A stretch of DNA of 24,038 nucleotides, from the NCBI GenBank assembly GCA_045863395.1, contig BTVJ01000105.1, positions 1-24,038 of the forward strand, in the 5' to 3' direction. The position numbers and the translations under genes are program-made. Below are positions 1 to 7,931 of this stretch, piece after piece. The stretch comes from Myxococcales bacterium. GTDB lineage: Bacteria; Myxococcota_A; UBA9042; JABWCM01; BTVJ01. How positions within the stretch are numbered: position 1 is the stretch's first letter; each line of letters begins with the position of its first letter. The notes beneath the pieces were generated by a model that was not told the DNA's origin, searched no databases, and was given only the letters and a program-made list of their open reading frames with translations.

Positions 1-2
1 CC

Positions 3-218
3 GTGGTGAGCTGCCCGAACAACTGCTCGGGCCACGGGACGTGCAACACGAGCACAGGGGTCTGCACGTGCACGGGCGGCTACACGGGCTCGAACTGCGG
101 GACGGCGCCCGTGGTGAGCTGCCCGAACAACTGCTCGGGCCACGGGACGTGCAACACGAGCACAGGGGTCTGCACGTGCACGGGCGGCTACACGGGCTCG
201 AACTGCGGGACGGCGCCC
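3..218 (+). repeat. Exact tandem direct repeat, 2 x 108 bp (3-110, 111-218), in frame
   Basis: Base-by-base comparison shows the two units are identical; each encodes 36 aa. Confidence 0.95.
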
Positions 219-551
219 ATCAACTGGAGCTGCGCCAACTCCAGCTACAACGGTACCCAGTATTGGACATGCAGTGGAGGGAGTCGCTATCGCTGCGTGA
301 ACAATGTCCCGCAGGTCGAGACCTGCTCCCAGTATGGTTGCTTCTCCAACGGCCTGGGCAAGCACGACCTCTGCATCGGGTCCGACGTGGGTTGGTCCTG
401 CTCGAACTCGTCCTACGGCGGGGCGCAGTGGTGGACCTGCAAGAGCGACGGCAAGCTCCACAAGTGCAACTCCTCGGGCCAGGGTATGGTCGTCGCGTGC
501 CCATCTGGGTGCAACACCATGGCTCTCGGCACAAACGACACCTGCAAGTAG
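3..551 (+). CDS. Partial (5'-truncated) cysteine-rich protein: two tenascin-type EGF-like repeats followed by two copies of a 6-Cys module
   Basis: The frame gives CPNNCSGHGTCNTSTGVCTCTGGYTGSNC twice, which is tenascin/EGF spacing. It continues with WSCxNSSYxGxQ(Y/W)WTC...C...C...GC......G..D.C twice and stops at TAG 549-551. It is open at the window edge. Confidence 0.85.
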   Translation: MVSCPNNCSGHGTCNTSTGVCTCTGGYTGSNCGTAPVVSCPNNCSGHGTCNTSTGVCTCTGGYTGSNCGTAPINWSCANSSYNGTQYWTCSGGSRYRCVNNVPQVETCSQYGCFSNGLGKHDLCIGSDVGWSCSNSSYGGAQWWTCKSDGKLHKCNSSGQGMVVACPSGCNTMALGTNDTCK

Positions 552-709
552 GGCCGGTCCACTCTCGCCCGCCGCCTGCCGCGCCCATCCATCTTGCCGC
601 ACCGAGGCGCTCACCTCTCGGGGGGGGAGCTGCCAGCTCCGGCAGTCCGGGGGTCACCGGCCACCCACTGCGACCGGGTCCGGATCCAGATGCCCATCCA
701 CTCCCCGCC

Positions 710-2230
710 TCACCCCCGGTGGCTCTCCACGAGCTGGTCGACGGCGGCGCGGACGGTGCGGACGGAGAAGGGCTTGTAGAGGTGGGGGACGCGCGAGGCC
801 TGGAGGAACTCGTGGGCCTTGGAGCCCGCCGTGTCGCCGGTCATGAAGAGGATGCGGCCCGCCACCCTCGGGCGCTCCTCCAGGATGCGGCCGTAGACCT
901 CCTCGCCGTTCATGCGCGGCATCCGCAGGTCCATGACGATGCCGTCCCAGTCCTCGTTGCGCATCCGGTCGAGGGCCTGGGCCCCGTCCGAGGCGGTGGT
1001 GATCTGGTAGCCCCGGCTCTCCAGGGCGCGGCGGACGAGCTGGAGCATGGCCTCGTCGTCGTCGACCACCAGGATGCGGGGCGGGGGCAGCGTCTCGGTC
1101 TCGGCTTCGTCCACCGTGTCCTCGACGGGGAGGTCGATCTCCAGGGTGGCGCCTCGTGCGCCGTTGAGCGCTCGGACCTCGCCCCCGTGCTCCTGGACCA
1201 GGCTGTAGACCATGGACAGCCCGATCCCCGCGCCGCGCCCGATGTCCCGCGTCGTGAAGAAGGGGTCGAAGATGCGGGAGATCACCTGGGGGGGGATGCC
1301 CGGGCCGTCGTCGCGCACGGCGATGCGCACCCAGCCCGCGTGGGGGCTCGTGGTCGTGATCCGCAGGACGCCCGCGCCGTTGGTGTCGTACATCGCCGTG
1401 ATGGCGTTGGTCATGATGGCGCAGAGCGCCTGGACGATCTGGTGCCCGTCTGCGACGGGGCTCGGGAGGTCCCGGCCCAGGGACGTCTCGACACGGATGT
1501 GGTGCGTCCGCAGCTCCAGGTCCAGGAGCTCCAGGGCCGCGGCCACGGCATCGTTGACCGCGATGCGCTCTGGCTTGGGCGCTGCGGGGTTGGCGAAGGT
1601 GGACAGCTTCTGGACGACGTTGGCCGCCCGCCGCCCCTGCTCGATGATGGACCGGATCTGCTCCTGGGTGTCGTCGTCCAGGTCGCCGTCGAGCAGCAGG
1701 AGCTCCGCGAAGCCCACCACGCTCGCCAGCGGGTTGTTCAGCTCGTGGGCGATGCCCGCCGCGAACTGCTCCAGCGCCTGCATCTTCTCGGCCTGCATCT
1801 GCTTTCGGTGGTGCTCCCGGTCCCGCTCCTGGCGCCTGCGGACCGCGCTCAGGTCCGTGAGGTGGGCCAGGATCCCGTAGGCGCCCTCGCCGTCGTCGGT
1901 GCGCAACAGCGACAGGTCGGCGAGCACCTCCTGGTGGCCGTCGGGCGTCCGGATCCGCGCGACCACGCTCGCCTCCTGGCCGCCCCACGCGGCAGAGAGC
2001 ACGTCGCGGAAGACGCTCGCGGGGCGCACCTCGGCGACGCTCGTAAATGGGCGCCCGACCAGCGACCCCTCAGATCTGCCGAGCATGGCGTAGCCCGGCG
2101 CGTTGCCCGCCAACAGGCGCCCGTGCTGATCGAGCAGCACCGCCCCTTGGCGGATGGTCCGCATGAGGGCCTCGACCGTCGTGCCCTCCTCTGGCAATTG
2201 GACCCGAGCCGTGCTGGCGTGATGACCCAT
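710..2230 (-). CDS. Cytoplasmic hybrid sensor histidine kinase/response regulator (PAS-HisKA-HATPase-REC)
   Basis: H-box AAGIAHELNNPL, G1 DDGPGI, F-box IFDPFFTT, G2 GRGAGIGLS. Receiver motifs ILVVDDDE...MDLRMPRMNG...FMTG...KPF. PAS-like N-terminus. Start uncertain (ATG 2230 or 2164). Confidence 0.9.
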   Translation of the reverse strand: MGHHASTARVQLPEEGTTVEALMRTIRQGAVLLDQHGRLLAGNAPGYAMLGRSEGSLVGRPFTSVAEVRPASVFRDVLSAAWGGQEASVVARIRTPDGHQEVLADLSLLRTDDGEGAYGILAHLTDLSAVRRRQERDREHHRKQMQAEKMQALEQFAAGIAHELNNPLASVVGFAELLLLDGDLDDDTQEQIRSIIEQGRRAANVVQKLSTFANPAAPKPERIAVNDAVAAALELLDLELRTHHIRVETSLGRDLPSPVADGHQIVQALCAIMTNAITAMYDTNGAGVLRITTTSPHAGWVRIAVRDDGPGIPPQVISRIFDPFFTTRDIGRGAGIGLSMVYSLVQEHGGEVRALNGARGATLEIDLPVEDTVDEAETETLPPPRILVVDDDEAMLQLVRRALESRGYQITTASDGAQALDRMRNEDWDGIVMDLRMPRMNGEEVYGRILEERPRVAGRILFMTGDTAGSKAHEFLQASRVPHLYKPFSVRTVRAAVDQLVESHRG

Positions 2231-2382
2231 GGGGTGTGTGCCTCCGTGTCGCTCCCAGTGCACATCGGTGGGCAGCACCGAACCCTTGAGCCTGAAACTG
2301 AAGCGCCCAGCCTCCACCGGTGCCCGCCGGACCTTGCCCCGCGCCCCGCGCCCTCGCTATGCTCCGCCATCTGGAGCGCACG

Positions 2383-3204
2383 ATGAGCTGGCTGTTCCCC
2401 ACCCGTGACGAGACCGTGGCGAAGCTGCGGGCCGCCCTGGACGCGGAGGAGCTGGAGCGCGCGGCGGAGCTCGCGCACAAGGCCATGCGCAAGTGGCCGG
2501 ACGACCCGGAGGTCTTCGAGCTGGCGGGCTGGGTGGCGGCGGAGCTGGAGGCGCCCGACGAGGCCGTGGCCGCCTTCGGCCGCGCCGCTACGCTCGACCC
2601 CGAGTCCATCGGCGCGCTCCTCGGCCGGGCGTCCGCGTGGCTGGACCTGGCGGACCCCGCGCGGGCCCTCGACGACGCGCGGGCAGCGGTGGACCTCGAC
2701 AAGGACGACGCGGAGGCCCACTACGTGCTGGCGACCGCCCTGGAGCTGGCTGGGCGGCTGCGAGAGGCCGACCGCGAGTACGAGCGGGCCGAGCGACTGG
2801 ACCCTGACGCCTTTCCCCGCCCCTTCCGCGTCTCCCGGCACACCTTCGACCACCTGATGCGGCGGGCCATCGAGCGGCTCCCCCCCCACGTCCACGACGC
2901 CATCGACAACCTGAGCATGGGCGTCAAGGACCACCCGGGGCCCGAGGACCAGATCGAGGGGGAGAAGCCCCTGTCGCTCCAGCTCCTGGGCGTGTTCCAG
3001 GGCGCCTCCCTGCGCGAGCGCACCACGGAGGACCCGTGGACCACGGCCGGTCCCGGCATCATCCTGCTCTTCCAGAAGAACCTGGAGCGCGCGTGCAGAA
3101 GCCGCGAGGAGCTGGAGGAGCAGATCCTGATCACCGTCTTCCACGAGGTGGGGCACTACCTCGGCATGGACGAGGACGAGATCCACGGGCGGGGGCTCGG
3201 CTGA
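2383..3204 (+). CDS. TPR-repeat protein with C-terminal zinicin-like (DUF1025-type) metallopeptidase domain
   Basis: Ala/Leu-rich TPR-like helices, then LLGVFQG...IILLFQKNLER...ITVFHEVGHYLGMDEDE (HExxH). ATG 2383 is preceded by GGAG. Confidence 0.85.
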   Translation: MSWLFPTRDETVAKLRAALDAEELERAAELAHKAMRKWPDDPEVFELAGWVAAELEAPDEAVAAFGRAATLDPESIGALLGRASAWLDLADPARALDDARAAVDLDKDDAEAHYVLATALELAGRLREADREYERAERLDPDAFPRPFRVSRHTFDHLMRRAIERLPPHVHDAIDNLSMGVKDHPGPEDQIEGEKPLSLQLLGVFQGASLRERTTEDPWTTAGPGIILLFQKNLERACRSREELEEQILITVFHEVGHYLGMDEDEIHGRGLG

Positions 3205-3213
3205 GCCCCGCTG

Positions 3214-4509
3214 TCAACGCCGCCGCAGCCGCGCCATGAAGAAGCCGTCCATGCCGTCGGTGAGGGGCGAGGTGCGGACGAAGCCGTCGGGGCTCGCCTC
3301 GGTGGGCGGATCCAGCGCGAGGTCCGGGCGCTCCCCCAGGATACCGCCCAGAACCTGCTCCCCCTCGTCCCGGGTGAAGGTACACACCGCATAGAGGAGG
3401 GTGCCGCCCGGGCGCAGGGCGTCCGCCGCCCGCAGCACCATGGCGCGCTGCATGGCCGCCAGCGCCCGCACGTCCCCCGGTTGCCGCCTCCACTGGATCT
3501 CGGGGCGCCGCCGCATGGTGCCGAGGCCCGAGCACGGCGCGTCCACCAGCACGCGGTCGAAGGTGCCCAGCGCGAGGGGCTCCGTGGCATCGAGCGCCGC
3601 CGTCGTCACCCGGTCGCTCACCCGCCAGCGCTGCACCAGGGAGCGGAGGCGCTCCAGCTTGTGGGGGGCCTGGTCGGTCGCGACCACGGCGCCGTCGGGG
3701 CCCACCGCCTCCGCGAGCCAGGTCGTCTTGATGCCGGTGCCCGCGCAGAGATCCAGGACCCGCTCGCCCGGCGCAGCGCCAAGCAGGCGCGCGACCCGCT
3801 GGGAGCCCTCGTCCTGAGGCACCCACAGCGCCTCCGCGAAGGGCGTGGCGAGCAGGGGGTCGACCCCGGTGAGGCGAAGGGCGTGGGGCTCCGTCCCGAG
3901 CTCGCCCGTGGCCCCCGGCTGCGCCGCTACCCACGCGAGGGCGCGCTCCCGCTCCCCCATGCGGCAGCGCACCACCGCCGGCGCCTCATGGGCGTAGGCG
4001 AGCGCGTGGGCCTCCAGGGCGTCGCCCACCACGGCCCGCAGCGCGTCGAGCACCCAGACCGGGTGGCTCGTGCGAATGGAGAGCGCCTCGAGGGTCCCAC
4101 CACCCGGGGGCGCCCCACGCTGGGGCTCGCGGGCCAGACCCCGGAGCACGGCGTTGGCGAAGCCGGCCCGGCGCTGGTCGCCGCGGGCGCGGATCTGGTC
4201 CACCGCCGCGGAGACCGCTGCCCGGGCGGGGACGCGGTCCAGGTGCAGGAGCTGGAACGCCCCGATGCGCATCGCAGTCCGCGTCACCAGATCGAGACCC
4301 GACGTGCCACGGGTCGCGAAGGCGTCGATGGCGTGGTCCAGGCCCGCGCGGGTCCGCAGGACCCCGAACACGAGCATGGTGGCGAGGCCCCGGTCCCGCG
4401 GGTCCGCGACCTTGCCCAGCGCCGCCGCCAGGGCGTCCTGCGCGCCGACGGGCGTCCTCTCCACGGCGAGCAGGGCCTCCAGGGCCGCATCCCGAGCGTT
4501 CGTCTGCAT
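3214..4509 (-). CDS. rsmB: 16S rRNA (cytosine967-C5)-methyltransferase RsmB/Sun
   Basis: NusB-like N-terminus (GFANAVLR), SHPVW, QDEGSQ, DLCAGTGIKT, VLVDAPCSGLGTMRRRPEI, LYAVCT, DGFFMARL. ATG 4509 has an upstream GGAGG. Confidence 0.92.
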   Translation of the reverse strand: MQTNARDAALEALLAVERTPVGAQDALAAALGKVADPRDRGLATMLVFGVLRTRAGLDHAIDAFATRGTSGLDLVTRTAMRIGAFQLLHLDRVPARAAVSAAVDQIRARGDQRRAGFANAVLRGLAREPQRGAPPGGGTLEALSIRTSHPVWVLDALRAVVGDALEAHALAYAHEAPAVVRCRMGERERALAWVAAQPGATGELGTEPHALRLTGVDPLLATPFAEALWVPQDEGSQRVARLLGAAPGERVLDLCAGTGIKTTWLAEAVGPDGAVVATDQAPHKLERLRSLVQRWRVSDRVTTAALDATEPLALGTFDRVLVDAPCSGLGTMRRRPEIQWRRQPGDVRALAAMQRAMVLRAADALRPGGTLLYAVCTFTRDEGEQVLGGILGERPDLALDPPTEASPDGFVRTSPLTDGMDGFFMARLRRR

Positions 4510-4520
4510 GAGCGCCTCCG

Positions 4521-4554
4521 TGCCCTGTCTACAGGGCAGAGGCCCGCTCGTCAA
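4521..4554 (-). promoter_or_regulatory. Putative sigma70 promoter for rsmB overlapped by a palindrome
   Basis: Minus strand TTGACG (4554-4549), 17 bp, TAGACA (4531-4526). Perfect inverted repeat TGCCCTGT-CT-ACAGGGCA at 4521-4538. Confidence 0.4.
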
Positions 4555-4681
4555 CGCGCCCGACGTCCCGCGGACGCGCCGGGTCCGGGACGTCGCATCA
4601 CCCTCCGATCCTCGCCTCTGCGCACCCCGTCTGTCTGGAGGAGGTTGACATTTGACCACCGACCTCCGAAAAGGGGGCGCC

Positions 4682-5638
4682 ATGGTCGCCCTCTCACCGG
4701 CTCGACGTGCGCTGCTGCGGCAGATCCTGATCTGGGCCGTCGCCCTCGGGCTGCTCTCCTATCTGGCGCTGACCACGGACCTGGACGAGGTGTGGCAGAC
4801 CATCCGGTCCGTGCGGTTCGAGCTGGTCCTGCCGGTGGTCATCGCCGGCAACGTCGTCATCTTCCTGTGGGACACGCGCTGCCTCGCCGCGCTGTTCACG
4901 CGGCTCAACAAGCCCGTCGCCTTTCGGGACCTGCTGCCGCTGAAGGGAGCCAGCTACTTCCTGAACATCGTGAACTACAACGCGGCGGCGGCGGCCATGG
5001 CGCTGTTCCTGCGGCGCAAGGCCCGCATCCCGTTCCTGGAGGGCGCGTCCAGCCTCGTGCTGCTCAACGTCGTGGACCTGCTGGCGCTCAACATCCTGAT
5101 CTCGGCGGGCCTCGCGCTGAACCCCGACGCCGTGGGCCCCGTGATGCGGCAGAGCCTCCTCGTGATCAACGTGGCCTTGTACGCGCTGGTCGCCGGGAGC
5201 TTCGTCTACTGGAACGGCGGGTTCGACTTCTTCGTTCTCGGGCGCCTGCGGGCCTGGTCCATCTTCTCGGCGTTCCGGCGGGCGCGCCTGCGGGACTGGG
5301 GCGTGCTCCTGGCCATGCGCATGGTCGTCGTGCTGCTCTACACCGTGCTGAACTACGTCCTGCTGGACCTGTTCGGCGTCCCCGTGCCCTTCGACGTGCT
5401 GCTGCTCTACAACCCGATCCTCACTTTCATCGGCACCATCCCCATCACGGTCTCGGGCATCGGCACCACCCAGGTCGCCATGCGGGAGCTGTACGGGCCG
5501 TTCGCGACCGTGCCGCGTGTCGACGCCTTCAGCACCAGCGTCATCTTCCTCTACCAGCTCATGCGCCTCGCCATCGGGTCGCTTTACGTGTCGCGGGTGC
5601 GGCGCGAGCTGGAGGAGGCGAGGCGCGAGGACGGCTGA
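4682..5638 (+). CDS. Lysylphosphatidylglycerol-synthase TM / UPF0104 (flippase-like) membrane protein
   Basis: Multiple hydrophobic segments, YFLNIVNY-type motif and IPITVSGIGTTQ (family PxTxxGxG motif). Confidence 0.75.
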   Translation: MVALSPARRALLRQILIWAVALGLLSYLALTTDLDEVWQTIRSVRFELVLPVVIAGNVVIFLWDTRCLAALFTRLNKPVAFRDLLPLKGASYFLNIVNYNAAAAAMALFLRRKARIPFLEGASSLVLLNVVDLLALNILISAGLALNPDAVGPVMRQSLLVINVALYALVAGSFVYWNGGFDFFVLGRLRAWSIFSAFRRARLRDWGVLLAMRMVVVLLYTVLNYVLLDLFGVPVPFDVLLLYNPILTFIGTIPITVSGIGTTQVAMRELYGPFATVPRVDAFSTSVIFLYQLMRLAIGSLYVSRVRRELEEARREDG

Positions 5639-6064
5639 CTACTCGCCCTCGGGGGGAGGCTCGGGCAGGGGAGGGGGCACCTGCGGGCTCCAGTCCGTGG
5701 CGTCCACGCGCACCACGAGGGCGTTGGTGGAGCACCGGCGGACGCTGTCGTCCAGGGTGCCGATGATCGCGTAGGTGGGGGTGCGGCCCGCCGCCAGGGC
5801 TTCGGTCGCCGCCGCAAGCAGCAGCGTGGTCGGCGGATCGGCCTCGGGGCGCACCAGGGCGCGCAGCCACCGGTCCCCGAGGCGCACCTCGAAGGGCGGA
5901 CACGGGCAGTCGCAGGGGTTGTAGCGCGCCTCCACCCAGGTGCTCAGGGCCGCGGCCTCGAGCAGCGTCCGGGTCTCCTCCACGGGGGTCAGTGGCACCG
6001 TCTCCGCGGGCACGGCGGTCGCCCCGGCGCAGCTCACGAGGGCCAGCGCGGGCAGCCACCTCAT
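5639..6064 (-). CDS. Hypothetical lipoprotein (141 aa)
   Basis: MRWLPALALVSC signal/lipobox. Its ATG overlaps the upstream UbiA-family stop (ATGA at 6064-6061). Contains YNPCDCPCPPFE. Confidence 0.7.
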   Translation of the reverse strand: MRWLPALALVSCAGATAVPAETVPLTPVEETRTLLEAAALSTWVEARYNPCDCPCPPFEVRLGDRWLRALVRPEADPPTTLLLAAATEALAAGRTPTYAIIGTLDDSVRRCSTNALVVRVDATDWSPQVPPPLPEPPPEGE

Positions 6065-7002
6065 GACCAGTACACCAGCAGCACGACGGCCACCGCCCAC
6101 AGCGCGAGGTTGAATAGGAACGGGCCGTCGCGGAGCATCCGGTCGGTGGGGCTCTGGGCCTCCCCCGGGCGGTTGAGGAGCCAGACGAAGCGCCCGAGCC
6201 CGAAGGCGATGAACGGGACCGTGACCACCAGGGCGCGGGTGCCGAACTGGTCGAACGTGTGATCGCTGAGCGTGTAGGCCGTGTAGCAGCAGGCGGTTGC
6301 GACGGCCGTGCCGATGAGCGCCGCGTTGACGTGGGCGATGTTGTAGCGGCGGAGCACCTTCCGCGTGTGCTCGCCCCCCGAGAACTGGAGCTCGTGCTTG
6401 CGCTTGCCCAGCGCCAGGAAGAGCGCCAGAAGGAACGTGCACGCATACAGCCACAGGGTCACCGGCACGTCGATGGCCATGGCCCCCGCCAGGATGCGCA
6501 GGATGAAGCCGGTCGCGATCACCGCCACGTCCACGAAGACCAGGTGCTTGAGGTGGAAGGAGTAGGCGACGTTGACGCCCCAGTAGCAGAGCATGACCAC
6601 GGCGAAGCGCCACCCGATGGCGAAGGCGCCCGCGATGGCCGCCGCGGTCAGTGCCGCCCCGGCGACCTTGGCGACGGTGACCGGCAGGCGGCCCGACGCG
6701 ATGGGGCGCGCTCGCTTGGCGGGGTGGAGGCGGTCCTTGTCCCGGTCCAGCAGGTCGTTGAGCATGTAGACGGAGCCCGTCATGATGCTGAATGCGACGA
6801 ACGCCGCGATGCTGAGCAGAACGGGGCCGGTATTGGGTAGAAATGTGCCCGGAATGAGCATCTTCTGGGCGAAGACCAGCGGGACGAGCAGGAACAGGTT
6901 CTTGACCCACTGGTGGGGCCGCATGGTGCGGAGCACCTCACGGGCCAGCGCGAGGGCGCCGGGGGCGCGCGTCTCGGCTGGGTGGGTCACGCGCGGGTTC
7001 AC
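6061..7002 (-). CDS. UbiA-family decaprenyl-phosphate phosphoribosyltransferase-like protein
   Basis: MRPHQWVKNLF, YMLNDLLDRDKDRLHPAKRARPIASG, YSFHLKH...DV, GFILR, LALGKRKHE, SPTD...D motifs. Start uncertain (GTG 7002 or 6990, or ATG 6924). Confidence 0.88.
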   Translation of the reverse strand: MNPRVTHPAETRAPGALALAREVLRTMRPHQWVKNLFLLVPLVFAQKMLIPGTFLPNTGPVLLSIAAFVAFSIMTGSVYMLNDLLDRDKDRLHPAKRARPIASGRLPVTVAKVAGAALTAAAIAGAFAIGWRFAVVMLCYWGVNVAYSFHLKHLVFVDVAVIATGFILRILAGAMAIDVPVTLWLYACTFLLALFLALGKRKHELQFSGGEHTRKVLRRYNIAHVNAALIGTAVATACCYTAYTLSDHTFDQFGTRALVVTVPFIAFGLGRFVWLLNRPGEAQSPTDRMLRDGPFLFNLALWAVAVVLLVYWS

Positions 7003-7006
7003 GGGG

Positions 7007-7771
7007 TCAGGGGGACGCGTCGGAGGCGGGCTCCGCGGGGTCGACCGCCGGCGGGATGTCGCCGGGGCCCGGCTCGGGTATGGCCTTGGACGGCTCCGGG
7101 GCGTTCGCGGGCTCGTCGGGTGTCCCGGCCGTGGCCTTGTCTGGGGCCCCGGCCGCGGGCTTGTCAGGCGTCCCTCCCGCGGGCGCGGTGCGCTTGGCTC
7201 CGGTCGCGGGCCCCTCTGCGCCCTCGGCACCCTTGGCGGGGTCGTTCTCGACGCCCTTCTCGGTGATCAGGGTGATGTTGTGCTTCTCGTAGTAGGACTT
7301 CAGCTCGCGGCGGTAGGTGTCCTCGGCCTTGGTCAGCTCGTCGAGCTGCGCGATCAGGGCGTCGACGGGCTCCTTGCGGTTCTCCTCGCTCAGCGCCTCC
7401 CGGAAGACCTTCACGTCGGCCTGGAGCTTGGAGTAGGCGCTCACGAGGAGCCCGTGGATGCGCGCGAGGTCCGGCGTGGTCGCGGGCATGCCGCGCAGCG
7501 CCTCGACGTAGGCGTCGAGCGCCGGGTCCACGTCCTTCTCGATGGCCGCGCGCAGCGGCTCCACCTGCTCGTTCTTGACGGCCAGCTCCCAAACCTGCAC
7601 GAAGCGTCCCTGGGCCTGGTTCACTGCCGGCGTGGCGTCGCTGTAGGCCTGGATGGCGCGCTGCTCGGCGGTCAGCTCCTGGCGCTCCTCCAGCGCCGCG
7701 CGGATGCGCTCGCACCCGGACGAGGCGAGGAGCAGGGCCGCGAGGAGCAGCGCGAGTCGGCGGCGTGTCAT
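7007..7771 (-). CDS. Hypothetical lipoprotein, helical, with a low-complexity Pro/Ala/Glu C-terminal tail
   Basis: MTRRRLALLLAALLLASSGC lipoprotein signal, GC3-rich codons, charged helical core. Confidence 0.75.
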   Translation of the reverse strand: MTRRRLALLLAALLLASSGCERIRAALEERQELTAEQRAIQAYSDATPAVNQAQGRFVQVWELAVKNEQVEPLRAAIEKDVDPALDAYVEALRGMPATTPDLARIHGLLVSAYSKLQADVKVFREALSEENRKEPVDALIAQLDELTKAEDTYRRELKSYYEKHNITLITEKGVENDPAKGAEGAEGPATGAKRTAPAGGTPDKPAAGAPDKATAGTPDEPANAPEPSKAIPEPGPGDIPPAVDPAEPASDASP

Positions 7772-7813
7772 CGGAAGGAGCCTCCAGGGACCGGGGGGGG
7801 CCAAAGCCGGACC

Positions 7814-7843
7814 ATCTTAGCCACCCCCCGAAAGGACCGTCAA
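7814..7843 (-). promoter_or_regulatory. Putative sigma70 promoter for the lipoprotein-ubiA-lipoprotein operon
   Basis: Minus strand TTGACG (7843-7838), 18 bp, TAAGAT (7819-7814). Confidence 0.55.
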
Positions 7844-7931
7844 GCATGCGGACACCCCGGTAGGGATTCGCGCCCTCCGCCTCGGATGCCGCTTGCGCTC
7901 GGAGCGCCGGCTCTGCTATCGGAGCTTCCCC

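Noticed and set aside
41..2386. Long alternative ORFs, such as 41..2386, 3481..5766, 6782..8980, 9798..12629, 13898..15682 and 18064..19944
   Set aside because: They are antisense or off-frame shadows of recognisable genes, rich in Arg/Gly/Pro/Ala and without motifs. This is expected in very GC-rich DNA.
4645..4657. Perfect TTGACA (and TTGACC) upstream of the flippase-like gene
   Set aside because: No credible -10 hexamer at 16-18 bp spacing.
7100..7200. Repeated AG(T/A)PD(K/E)PA peptides in the lipoprotein tail
   Set aside because: This is an ordinary short low-complexity linker with no sign of further structure.
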